Source of the DNA: Vulcanimicrobiota bacterium
GTDB lineage: Bacteria; Vulcanimicrobiota; Vulcanimicrobiia; Vulcanimicrobiales; Vulcanimicrobiaceae
Length of the DNA: 64,000 nucleotides
Direction of reading: 5' to 3'
Assembly: GCA_963695225.1 (NCBI GenBank)
Contig: OY968762.1
Span: 1,824,001 to 1,888,000, forward strand
Part shown: in pieces, positions 1 through 10,120 of the stretch
How positions within the stretch are numbered: position 1 is the first letter of the stretch
How the letters are laid out: every line of letters starts with the position of its first letter
Made by a program: the position numbers and the translations under genes
The notes under the pieces: generated by a model
The model's database searches: none
What the model was told of the DNA's origin: nothing
The model's input: the letters and a program-made list of their open reading frames with translations, nothing else

Positions 1-1186
1 GCATCGTCGCGCCGAGGAGCGCAACGTCGCCGAGGAGCTCGGCGAGCGCGGCGCCCAGGCGGTTGTCGCGCGTGAATGCGACGATCGCAATCGCGAGCGC
101 CCCGAGCGTGACGGGGACGACGGCCGCTCCGGCGAGCGCGGAGCGGCGGTCGTCCGCGGCGAGAACCCCCTCGAACCACAGCGCGAGCGCGATCGCGAAG
201 CCGGGAAGCTCGAGCGCGATATAGTTCGGCAGTTTCGTGTTCGCGAAGCTGAAGAAGACGAACGGGACCACGATCCATACGAGCGAGAGCCGGGCGAGCA
301 TCGCGCGCTCGCCTTCTCGCGCGCGCGTGGCCGCCGCGAGCGCGGGCGGCACGAAAGCGAACCACGGGAACGTTCCGAGGATCACGACCGGGAGATAGTA
401 CCAGACCGGACCCGCTTGATTCTCGATCGTTCCGAGGTAGCGTCCGACGGTATAGTGGCCGACGAGTTCGCCGAGCGCGGCCGGGCCTGTCCGAGCGACC
501 AGCAACGCGAACCATGGGAGGACGAGCGCCGCGGCGAGCGCACCGCCGCCCAGCGCCTCGGCGAGCGAGGGCGCGCGCAGGCTGCGGCCGAGCCTTCGTT
601 CCCAAAGGATCCACGGGACGAGCACGAGCAGAACGACCGCCGGCGCGACCGGGCCCTTGGCCAGGACCCCAAGCGCGAGCGCGATCCAGCCCACGAGCCA
701 GGCCGCACTCCCCGAGCCGCGCAACGCGGCGTACCACGCCAGGATCGCGACGCAGACCGCGAGATCGAGCAGCGCGTCCATGATCGCGAGCCGGCCGAGG
801 ATCGCCTGCATCAGCATCGTCGAGAGGATTGCCGCCGAGAGGACCGCGACGCGCGCGTTCGCGGCGCGCGCGACCGCATACGAGACGGCGGCGCCCATCC
901 CGATCGTCGCCAGCGCCGACGGGAGCCGCAACGCGAGCGGGCCGACCCCGAGGAGCTTCGCAAAGCCCGCCGCGATCCAGAAATAGAGCGGCGGCTGCAC
1001 GAACCAAGGGACGCCGTTGAGGTGCATCACGACCCAATCGCGATAGAACAGCACCTCGCGTGCGACCTCGCCGTACGCCGTCTCCGAGTTGTCCCAGAGC
1101 GTGCCGCCGCCGAGCCCCGGCAGCGTCGCGAGCGCGGCAAGGACGGCACCGATAGCCGCAGCCTTCAATGCCGCCGATCGATCCAC
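1..1186 (-). CDS. ArnT/PMT-type (GT39/GT83) membrane glycosyltransferase, 3' end runs off window
   Basis: My own translation from GTG at 1186 gives MDRSAALKAAAIGAVLAALATLPGLGGGTLWDNSETAYGEVARE...PWFVQPPLYFW...HYTVGRYLGTIENQAGPVWYYLPVVILGTFPWF. These are ArnT-like motifs with many TM helices. Not in the ORF track because there is no stop in the window. Confidence 0.8.
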   Translation of the reverse strand, partial: MDRSAALKAAAIGAVLAALATLPGLGGGTLWDNSETAYGEVAREVLFYRDWVVMHLNGVPWFVQPPLYFWIAAGFAKLLGVGPLALRLPSALATIGMGAAVSYAVARAANARVAVLSAAILSTMLMQAILGRLAIMDALLDLAVCVAILAWYAALRGSGSAAWLVGWIALALGVLAKGPVAPAVVLLVLVPWILWERRLGRSLRAPSLAEALGGGALAAALVLPWFALLVARTGPAALGELVGHYTVGRYLGTIENQAGPVWYYLPVVILGTFPWFAFVPPALAAATRAREGERAMLARLSLVWIVVPFVFFSFANTKLPNYIALELPGFAIALALWFEGVLAADDRRSALAGAAVVPVTLGALAIAIVAFTRDNRLGAALAELLGDVALLGATM

Positions 1187-1253
1187 GGCCTATTTCGTTG
1201 GCAGGCGGAGCGGAAAAGTCCCGCGCGGCGCGCGCGTCGAATCCCGGCCCGTC

Positions 1254-3224
1254 ATGGACCCTTCGCGCGCGCACCCACCGTCGTATCCGATCGCCCTCGA
1301 TATCCACGGCTGGGCCGCCGTCGTCGTCGGCGGCGGCGCCGTCGCCGAACGAAAAGTCGAGCAGCTTGCGGCAAGCGGCGCGCGCGTCACGCTCGTCGCG
1401 CCCACGGTCGGCGAGGGTCTGCGCGCCGCAGCGGCGCGCGGCGATTGCGCGCTGCGCGAGCGCGGGTTCGAGGAGACCGATCTCGACGGCGCGCGTCTCG
1501 CGTTCGCGGCGACGAACGACGACGCGCTCAACGCCCGCATTTCATCGCTTGCGAAGGCGCGCGGAATCCTGGTCAACGATGCGGGGGACGCCGCTCGCGG
1601 CGATTTCTCGGTGCCGATCGTGCACCGGACGGGATCCCTGACGTTCACGATCGAGACCGGCGGCCTCTCCCCGTCCTTTGCGAAACGGCTGCGGGACGAG
1701 GTGCGGGAACGCTTCGGGGAGCGCTACGGACGGGCCGCCCAGACCCTGGGCGTGATGCGCGCGTACGCCCAGACCGTCGTAACGCCGAGCCTGCGGGCCG
1801 CAGTCATGGGGCGGCTCGCCGGGCGGGAGATCGAGGAACTAGCCGCAATGAATCCCGTGCAGGCCCACGACGCCGTCGAAGCGGCCGTTGCCCATCTGAC
1901 CGATGCCTCGAACGGAGCTCCGGTGACCCAACTCGTCTGTGCGAGCCGCGCCAGCGCCCTTGCCATGTGGCAGACCCGCCACACCATCGCCCAACTCGCC
2001 GCCGCCGGGATCGCCTCGACGATCCTCCAGATTTCGACGAAGGGCGACCAAGTCCAAGATCGCTCGCTCGCCGCCATCGGGACGGACAGCCTGTTCGTCA
2101 AGGAGCTCGAACTCGCGTTGCGCGAGGGGAGGGCCGACTACGCGGTCCACTCGTGCAAAGACCTCCCGAGCACGCTCCCCGACGACATGCGGCTCGCCGC
2201 GATCGGGCCGCGCGAGGATCCGCGCGACGCGTTCTGTTCGGAGAAGTACGCCTCGTTCGAAGCGCTCCCGCCGGGCGCCCTGGTCGGGACCTCGAGCCCG
2301 CGCCGGCGCGCACAACTCCAGGCGTTGCGCGGCGACTTGCGCTACGAGACGATCCGCGGCAACGTCGATACGCGCCTTCGAAAGCTGCGCGAGGGGGAGT
2401 TCGACGCGATCTTCCTCGCCATGGCGGGGCTGCGGCGGCTCGGCCTCGGCGCCGCGCACACGGTCCCGATGGATCCGCTCCGGATCGTCCCCGCGGTCGG
2501 GCAGGGGGCGCTGGCGATCGAGTGCCGGCGTGCGGACGGCGCGCTCGCCGCGAAGCTCGACGGGATCCTCGGGGATCGCGCGACGACGCTCGCCGTGACC
2601 GCCGAGCGCGCCTACCTGCGAACGCTGCGCGGCGGGTGCCAAGCCCCCGTCGGCGCGCACGGCACGCTCGACGGCGGCGACTTGCATCTCGCCGGGGTGA
2701 TCGCGGCGCTCGACGGATCGCACGTCGTCCGCGGCGACCTGCGCGCGCCCTGTGCGACGCTCGAGGAGGCGGAGGCGCTCGGCGCAATGCTCGCGCGCGA
2801 TCTCGAGGCGCGCGGGGGCGCCGCGATCCTGGGGCCGCGCGATCCCGCGCTCCCGCTCGCCGGGAAGCTCTTCATCTTGCCGCGCACGCAAGACCGCCCG
2901 AGCCGCATCGCGCCGGCGCTTCGCGGCGTCGGCGCCGAAGTCGTCGAGGCGAGCGACAGCGCGCAGGCCCGCGCGCAACTCGGAGAGCGAATCCCTCACG
3001 TCTTGCTCTTCCCTTCGAGCGGCTCGGTGAGTGCCATCACGGAGTATCTCGCAGCACTCCGGGAAAATGGAGCGCGTCCGATCGTGGCCGCAATGGGGGC
3101 GGCCTCTTCGGATGCCGCGCGCGCGGCGGGCTTCCCGCCCGACGTCGTCGCGGACGAGCCGACGGTCGCCGAGTTCGTGCAGAGCGTCACGCAGTTCGTC
3201 TTGAAGGAGGATCTCGTCCGATGA
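1254..3224 (+). CDS. hemC: Fusion: precorrin-2 dehydrogenase (SirC/CysG-N) + hydroxymethylbilane synthase + C-terminal half-HemD-like domain
   Basis: SirC part: YPIALD..VVVGGGAVAERK, AATND, IETGGLSP. HemC part: ASRASALAMWQ, FVKELE, VHSCKD, VGTSSPRR, IRGNVDTRL, LRGGCQAPVG. Tail: GKLFILPR..LFPSSGSV..AMG..AGFPPDVVA. ATG at 1254 within ORF 1089..3224. Confidence 0.9.
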   Translation: MDPSRAHPPSYPIALDIHGWAAVVVGGGAVAERKVEQLAASGARVTLVAPTVGEGLRAAAARGDCALRERGFEETDLDGARLAFAATNDDALNARISSLAKARGILVNDAGDAARGDFSVPIVHRTGSLTFTIETGGLSPSFAKRLRDEVRERFGERYGRAAQTLGVMRAYAQTVVTPSLRAAVMGRLAGREIEELAAMNPVQAHDAVEAAVAHLTDASNGAPVTQLVCASRASALAMWQTRHTIAQLAAAGIASTILQISTKGDQVQDRSLAAIGTDSLFVKELELALREGRADYAVHSCKDLPSTLPDDMRLAAIGPREDPRDAFCSEKYASFEALPPGALVGTSSPRRRAQLQALRGDLRYETIRGNVDTRLRKLREGEFDAIFLAMAGLRRLGLGAAHTVPMDPLRIVPAVGQGALAIECRRADGALAAKLDGILGDRATTLAVTAERAYLRTLRGGCQAPVGAHGTLDGGDLHLAGVIAALDGSHVVRGDLRAPCATLEEAEALGAMLARDLEARGGAAILGPRDPALPLAGKLFILPRTQDRPSRIAPALRGVGAEVVEASDSAQARAQLGERIPHVLLFPSSGSVSAITEYLAALRENGARPIVAAMGAASSDAARAAGFPPDVVADEPTVAEFVQSVTQFVLKEDLVR

Positions 3225-4249
3225 GCCTCAGCGACCTCTTGGCTCCACAGACCGCGCACGCGTGGCCCGTGCGCCGCCCGCGGCGCCTGCGCGCCTCGGC
3301 CGGGTTGCGCGACCTCGTCCGCGAGCACCACGTCCGCATTTCGAGCCTCGTCCAGCCCATGTTCGTCGCGGACGAGCATCAAACGCGCGGCGAGATCGCG
3401 AGCATGCCGGGGATCTTCCGCTTCTCTGTCGACGAAGCCGTGGAGGAAGCGCGCGCGCTCGCCGCGCTCGGCATTCGCGCCGTCCTCCTCTTCGGGATTC
3501 CCGACGAGAAGGACGCGGTCGCGAGCTCCGCCTACGATCGCAACGGCCCCGTCCAGCGCGCGATCCGCGCGCTCAAGCGCGAACTGCCGGAGCTGGTCGT
3601 CATCGCCGATCTCTGCAATTGCGAATACACCGATCACGGACATTGCGGCATCATCGACGCGCGCGGCGACGTCGACAACGATCGCACGCTGGAGCTGCTC
3701 GGGCGCACGGCGCTCACGTACGCCGAAGCCGGCGTCGACGTGATCGCGCCTTCCGACATGATGGACGGCCGCGTCGGCTATTTGCGCGCGACGCTCGACG
3801 GCGCCGGCTTCACGCGCGTTCCGATCATGTCGTACGCGGTGAAGTTCGCCTCGGCGTTCTACGGCCCGTTCCGCGACGCCGCCGATTCGACGCCGCAATT
3901 CGGCGACCGCCGCACGTACCAGATGGATCCGGCGAACGCGCGCGAGGCCTTGCGCGAGGCGCTCCTCGACGTCGAGGAAGGCGCAGACGTCATCATGGTC
4001 AAGCCCGCACTCGCGTACCTCGACTTGATTCGAGCCGTGCGCGAAGCGACCGATCTGCCGGTCGCCTGCTACAACGTCAGCGGCGAATACTCGATGGTCA
4101 AGGCCGCCGCGCAAAACGGCTGGATCGACGAAGCGCGCACCGTCGACGAGACGTTGACCGCGTTCGTGCGCGCCGGCGCCGACATCATCATCACCTACTT
4201 CGCGAAAGCCTACGCCGAACGGCACCGCGCTCATCCGACGGCGAGTTGA
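3221..4249 (+). CDS. hemB: Porphobilinogen synthase (Zn-type)
   Basis: RPRRLR, DLCNCEYTDHGHCG Zn site, APSDMMDGRV, FYGPFRDA, MVKPA, YNVSGEY. AAGGAGG RBS before ATG 3221; ATGA overlap with the upstream stop. Confidence 0.96.
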   Translation: MSLSDLLAPQTAHAWPVRRPRRLRASAGLRDLVREHHVRISSLVQPMFVADEHQTRGEIASMPGIFRFSVDEAVEEARALAALGIRAVLLFGIPDEKDAVASSAYDRNGPVQRAIRALKRELPELVVIADLCNCEYTDHGHCGIIDARGDVDNDRTLELLGRTALTYAEAGVDVIAPSDMMDGRVGYLRATLDGAGFTRVPIMSYAVKFASAFYGPFRDAADSTPQFGDRRTYQMDPANAREALREALLDVEEGADVIMVKPALAYLDLIRAVREATDLPVACYNVSGEYSMVKAAAQNGWIDEARTVDETLTAFVRAGADIIITYFAKAYAERHRAHPTAS

Positions 4250-4262
4250 CGTGAAGATCGAA

Positions 4263-4436
4263 GGCAGCGTCCGGGGCGGGGCGGGATTTCTCCGCGGGGA
4301 GTACAGCTTGCCCGCGAAGCCAGGATGGCGGGAGCGGGCAAGTGGACTAGCAGCGATTTCGCATGGATGCGAAATCGCGGGCGTCCCCGCGGGGGAATCC
4401 CGCCCCGCCCCGGACGCGGGCCACGCGCGCCGCCAC
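4263..4436 (+). repeat. Palindromic structured element, copy 1 (34-bp outer inverted repeat enclosing two GGA-loop hairpins)
   Basis: Arms 4267-4300 and 4384-4417 are complementary with 2 mismatches, both G-U compatible on the + strand. Inner hairpins are cttgcccgc..gccAGGAtggc..gcgggcaag and gcgatttcgcaTGGAtgcgaaatcgc. Homologous to the element at 18093-18264. Confidence 0.85.
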
Positions 4437-4512
4437 TCAAAGTGGCCTATGACGACATGAGACGCTACGACGAGGCGGCCCTATGCGCCGCCGGTGAGGA
4501 CGGATTCCGACC

Positions 4513-5808
<1,296 letters not shown>

Positions 5809-5881
5809 CGCCTCCGGCTCAATTTTCCCGGGCATCGGACGACGATAGTAGTGGCCGCCCCTTGCCTGCGGAAAGAGTCTT

Positions 5882-8206
5882 ATGCGCTCGAGCTTTTCTA
5901 ACGTGCTCCTCTTCGTGGGTCTCTGCGGGATCTGCGGTTCGACGTACGAGGTCGTCACGGCGAACATCCAGATCCACGCGCAGACCGATGAGAACGTCGC
6001 TGCCGTCAACCGCACGGCGCGCCAAGCCACGCTGTTCCAAACGGTCGCAAAAGACGTCAACGCGATTGCCTTCAAGGCTCGCGCCGGGGAACCGCTCGCG
6101 GCAACGCAAGCCGAATTGAGGAACTCGGCCGAACTCTTCGACCGCACGCTCGGCGCGCTGGCGGCCGCAACCCGCGCGGCCGCGCCCGAGACTCCGCCGG
6201 GGCAACCGCGCTACGACAAGGCGACGCTCGACCTGCTCGCTCAGATCGGGACGCAGTGGGCGCCGCTGCGCAAGAGCATCGACGGGCTATTGGGATCGCC
6301 CTCGGCCGGCGCGCAGGCCGCAACGCTCAAAGCGCTCGAAGCCGTCGAGCAGCCGCTGCTCACCGAGTTGGACGCGCTGACCCAAAAGATGCAAACGCTC
6401 GCCGCCGAGGCGGATGCCCGCAGCACGTCCGAACGCGATCTCTGGACGCTCGGGATTCTGGTCGGCATCCTGTTCATCGGGATGAGCTTCTTCCTGCGCG
6501 TCGCCGGAGCGCGCGCGCACGCGGAGCAGAACGCGAAAGCGCTCGCCGAAGGCAACCGCGAATTGCAGGCTCGCACGGACGAGCTCGCGCAGGCTAAGCG
6601 CGGCACCGACGCGTTGATGGAAACCGTGGGGCAAGGGCTCGCGCTCATCGACGCGGAGTACACGATCCAGCCGCAGTACTCGCTTGCGCTCGAAGCGATC
6701 TTCGAGCGCAAGGACCTCGCCGGTCAGAATTTCCTGAAGCTTTTCGAGCGCCTCATCCCCGCCCGCGACTACGATGCGTTGCGCCGCTACCTCGGGCTGA
6801 TGTTCAACGCCCAGAAGAAAGAGCGCGTCGTCCTGCAGGTCAACCCGCTCGACGAAATCGACCTCTCCTTCCCGCTCGACGAGGGCGGCTTCAAGACGAA
6901 GACGATCGCGGCGACGTTCCGCCGCGTGATGCACGGCGACCAGGTCGCCCAAGCCTTCATCGCGATCACCGATATCACGGAACGCGCCGCGGCCGCCCGG
7001 GAGTTACGGCAAAACGAAGATCGCAAGGAGCGCCAGTTCGAGCTGTTGCTCGGAACGATGCACGTCGAACCGGCGGCGCTCGACGATTTCGCCGCGCTGG
7101 TCGGCGAGCAGCTCCGGCACATCAACGATGCGTTGCGGGCGGAAGATTTCGCCTCCGGCAGCGAGGCCCGCTCGCAGGTTCTGCGCAGCCGGCTCGATGC
7201 GATCTACCGCGCCGTTCATACGATCAAGGGGAACGCCTCGTCGCTGCGCATCGACCCGTTCGTGCGCACCGCGATGGGCTTCGAAGCGAAGCTCGCCGAG
7301 CTGAGGGGGCGCGCGGGCCTAGGCGGCGACGACTTCCTCGCCGTCGTGATCCAGCAATCCGAACTGCGGATTCTGCTCGAACAGCTCTTGGAGATCCGCA
7401 AGCGGTATGTCGGCCAGCGTCCTCGCCTCGCCGAGAGCAACGGCGCGCCGTCCGCACCGGCCGCCGCGGAGACGGCAACCCCGGCTCCCGGGGCTGAAGG
7501 CGCTGCGTCCGCCGAACCCGCCGCATCCGCCGCATCCGCCGCATCCGCCGAACCTGCTGCGCCCGCTGCACCCAGCGCTCCGGCTGTATCCGGGGCGGCG
7601 TCGAACGGGTCCGCGCGCCCCGCGCCGGCCGGCGCCGGAGCGGCGATCGCCGCCGAACTCACCGGGTTCGCGGAGCGGATCGCGGCCGAACGCGAAACGC
7701 GAGTCGCGGTAAGAGCGCAGCTCGGCGCGCTCGACTCGCTGGACGCCGCGCATCGCCGCACGATCAAGAACGTCCTCATTCAGCTCGTGCGCAACTCGCT
7801 CGCCCACGGCATCGAACCCCCCGAAGAGCGGGAAGAGGCCGGCAAGGATCCGGTGGGCACGCTCACGATGCTCGCGAGCCGCGACGATTCCGGGGCGCTG
7901 CGGATCCGCTACAGCGACGACGGGCGGGGTCTCGACCCCGACAAGCTGCGAGCGCGCGCCGTCGCGAGCGGCCTCGTCGGAAGTGCCGCCCAGATCGACG
8001 ACGCCGCCGCCGTCGGGTTGATCTTCCATCCGGGCTTCTCGACGGCCGAGACCTCGGACGAGGTCGCGGGCCGCGGCGTGGGTATGGATATCATCAAACA
8101 GCACGTCGTAGACGAGGCTCGCGGCGAGATCGGCATCCGCTCGGATCCGGGGAGCTACCTGGAATTCGACCTGACGTTCCCGGCCTTCGAGCCCGTAGCG
8201 GCGTGA
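5882..8206 (+). CDS. Membrane sensor kinase with PilJ/NarX-like extracellular domain, PAS-like region, Hpt and CheA-type HATPase; no CheW domain
   Basis: Two TM segments flank AAVNRTARQATLFQ. Hpt: YRAVHTIKGNA. CheA-type ATPase boxes: QLVRNSLAHGIE, DDGRGLD, IFHPGFST, GRGVGMDII. The protein ends right after the HATPase. Confidence 0.85.
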   Translation: MRSSFSNVLLFVGLCGICGSTYEVVTANIQIHAQTDENVAAVNRTARQATLFQTVAKDVNAIAFKARAGEPLAATQAELRNSAELFDRTLGALAAATRAAAPETPPGQPRYDKATLDLLAQIGTQWAPLRKSIDGLLGSPSAGAQAATLKALEAVEQPLLTELDALTQKMQTLAAEADARSTSERDLWTLGILVGILFIGMSFFLRVAGARAHAEQNAKALAEGNRELQARTDELAQAKRGTDALMETVGQGLALIDAEYTIQPQYSLALEAIFERKDLAGQNFLKLFERLIPARDYDALRRYLGLMFNAQKKERVVLQVNPLDEIDLSFPLDEGGFKTKTIAATFRRVMHGDQVAQAFIAITDITERAAAARELRQNEDRKERQFELLLGTMHVEPAALDDFAALVGEQLRHINDALRAEDFASGSEARSQVLRSRLDAIYRAVHTIKGNASSLRIDPFVRTAMGFEAKLAELRGRAGLGGDDFLAVVIQQSELRILLEQLLEIRKRYVGQRPRLAESNGAPSAPAAAETATPAPGAEGAASAEPAASAASAASAEPAAPAAPSAPAVSGAASNGSARPAPAGAGAAIAAELTGFAERIAAERETRVAVRAQLGALDSLDAAHRRTIKNVLIQLVRNSLAHGIEPPEEREEAGKDPVGTLTMLASRDDSGALRIRYSDDGRGLDPDKLRARAVASGLVGSAAQIDDAAAVGLIFHPGFSTAETSDEVAGRGVGMDIIKQHVVDEARGEIGIRSDPGSYLEFDLTFPAFEPVAA
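7520..7546 (+). repeat. In-frame tandem repeat (GCCGCATCC)x3 in the Ala/Pro-rich kinase linker
   Basis: Read directly; encodes AAS x3 between two SAEP motifs. Confidence 0.8.
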
Positions 8207-8219
8207 GAACGGGACCACC

Positions 8220-8576
8220 ATGAAGCTGCTCATCGTCGACGATTCCACGGTCATCCGCCGCACGGTCGAACGCGTTCTCGGCGAGCAGGCGAGCGAAATC
8301 CGCGGCGCCGCAGACGGCGTCGAGGCGCTGCGCCAGTTCGAGACGTTCGAGCCGGACCTCGTGACGATGGACCTTACGATGCCCAATCTCGACGGGCTGG
8401 GCTGCATCCGGCAGATGCTCGAGCGCAACCCGGACGCCCGCATCCTCGTCATCACGGCCCTGGCCGATAAACCAACGGCGATCGAGGCCGTCGAGCTCGG
8501 CGCCCTCGGCTTCATCGTGAAGCCGTTCACGGAACGCCGCCTCCGGGAAGAGGCAACGATCATCCTCTCCGAGTAA
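8220..8576 (+). CDS. Single-domain CheY-like response regulator
   Basis: LIVDDS, DLVTMDLTMPNLDG, VITAL, FIVKPF; 118 aa with no output domain. Confidence 0.92.
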   Translation: MKLLIVDDSTVIRRTVERVLGEQASEIRGAADGVEALRQFETFEPDLVTMDLTMPNLDGLGCIRQMLERNPDARILVITALADKPTAIEAVELGALGFIVKPFTERRLREEATIILSE

Positions 8577-8783
8577 TCCCCACGGGCCCCGGAAAGTCGT
8601 GGTAACGATTTCCGTCGTAGCCGGGCTTGCTTGCTTCTGGTACAAAAAAGGGTACATGTCCGGACGCGATTGGGTCCGCTGCGTTCCGTGACGGAGCGCA
8701 CGCCGTCAGGCTGCCGCTTGTGGCACGCTTGACTTGGATTCCGCCGTCCCGCCAAGGTATGCCCGGATCAGCGTGGAGATGAT

Positions 8784-10118
8784 ATGCCGATAGTCTGTCT
8801 CGGTCTCTCGCACCATACGGCCCCCGTTGAAGTGCGGGAGCGCCATTCGTTTCCAGCCTCACGCATGGGCGAAGCGCTGATCGCGCTGAGAGACTACGAA
8901 GCCGTTCGGGAAGCCGTCATGCTGGCGACCTGCGGCCGGCTCGAGATCTACGCCGAACTCGAAGACTACGAGGCGGGCGTCGAGCAGCTCAAAGCCTACC
9001 TGCGCAACTTCCGGCACGGCGAAGTCGAGGACATGGCCTCGTACATGTACACGTTGCTCGGGAGCCAGGCGACGGACCACCTTTTCCGGGTCGCGACCGG
9101 GCTCGATTCGATGCTGATCGGCGAGGCCGAGATCCTCGGGCAGGTCAAAGACGCATACATCCAGGCTCAGAAGGCCCGGTCGATCGGGAAGACGCTCCAC
9201 TGCCTCTTCCGCGAAGCGCTCAACGCCGGGAAGGCCGCCCGGTCCCAGACGGTGATCGGCGGCGAATCCGTTTCCGTCTCGACGGCGGCGATCGAGCTCG
9301 CCAAACAGCGCCTGGGCTCGATCGCCGGCAAGTCGATGCTCGTGATCGGCGCCGGGAAGATGGGGACGCTCGCAGCCAGGCGCTTGAAATCCGAGGGGAC
9401 GGGCGACATCATCATCGCGAACCGCTCCCACGCGAAGGCCCTCGAAGTCGTGAACTCGCTCGGCGTCGGAAAAGCGATGGAACTGCACGGTATCGTCGAG
9501 GCGATGAAGATCTCCGATATCGTGATCACCTCGACCGGGGCCTCGCACTTCATCCTCACGCCGGGGAACGTCGCCGAGGCGATGCTGGCCCGCCCCGACC
9601 GCCCGCTCTTCATCATCGATATCGCCGTCCCGCGCGATACGGATCCCGACGTCGCCCGCATCCCGAACGTCACGGTCGCCGACATCGACGAACTCAAGGG
9701 CCTCGTCCAAGTGACGCTCGAGCACCGCCGCAGCGCGATCCCGGCCTGCGAGGAGATCATCGCCGAGCATGCCGAGCGCTTCGCGCAGTGGTACCAATCG
9801 CGCGCCGCGATCCCCGTCGTGAGTTCGCTCGTGCAGAAGGCCGAGACGATCCGCGAGAACGAGATCGAGCGGCTTTTTGCGCGCTGCCCCGATTTCACCG
9901 AACGGCATCGCATGCTCGTTACCGGCGCCTCGCTCACCATCATCTCGAAGCTGCTGCACAACGCGATCACGACGATGCGCGACAAGGCCGCTTCCAACCA
10001 AGCCGAAGCGTTGATGCACGCGAGGATCGTCGACGAGCTCTTCGACCTGCAAGTGCGCATGCGCGAGAACCTGACCGTCGAACGGCACGCGACGCTAGAA
10101 GTCGAAATAGCCGAATAG
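8784..10118 (+). CDS. hemA: Glutamyl-tRNA reductase
   Basis: GLSHHTAPVEVRE, TCGRLEIY (catalytic Cys), HLFRVATGLDSMLIGEAEILGQVK, IGAGKMG, IDIAVPRD. Confidence 0.96.
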   Translation: MPIVCLGLSHHTAPVEVRERHSFPASRMGEALIALRDYEAVREAVMLATCGRLEIYAELEDYEAGVEQLKAYLRNFRHGEVEDMASYMYTLLGSQATDHLFRVATGLDSMLIGEAEILGQVKDAYIQAQKARSIGKTLHCLFREALNAGKAARSQTVIGGESVSVSTAAIELAKQRLGSIAGKSMLVIGAGKMGTLAARRLKSEGTGDIIIANRSHAKALEVVNSLGVGKAMELHGIVEAMKISDIVITSTGASHFILTPGNVAEAMLARPDRPLFIIDIAVPRDTDPDVARIPNVTVADIDELKGLVQVTLEHRRSAIPACEEIIAEHAERFAQWYQSRAAIPVVSSLVQKAETIRENEIERLFARCPDFTERHRMLVTGASLTIISKLLHNAITTMRDKAASNQAEALMHARIVDELFDLQVRMRENLTVERHATLEVEIAE

Positions 10119-10120
10119 CG

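Noticed and set aside
416..3220. N-terminal 935 aa of the 1277-aa ORF, and many long Arg/Pro-rich or antisense ORFs (e.g. 9167..11629, 56817..59294, 53185..55470)
   Set aside because: These are shadow frames of high-GC genes; only the motif-bearing parts with an RBS or stop overlap were accepted.
8577..8783. Rex operator, cobalamin riboswitch or sigma70 promoter before hemA
   Set aside because: TTGTGGCACGCTTGACTT fits only half of the Rex palindrome, no B12 box is present, and TTGACT has no properly spaced -10. Only short hairpins are seen.
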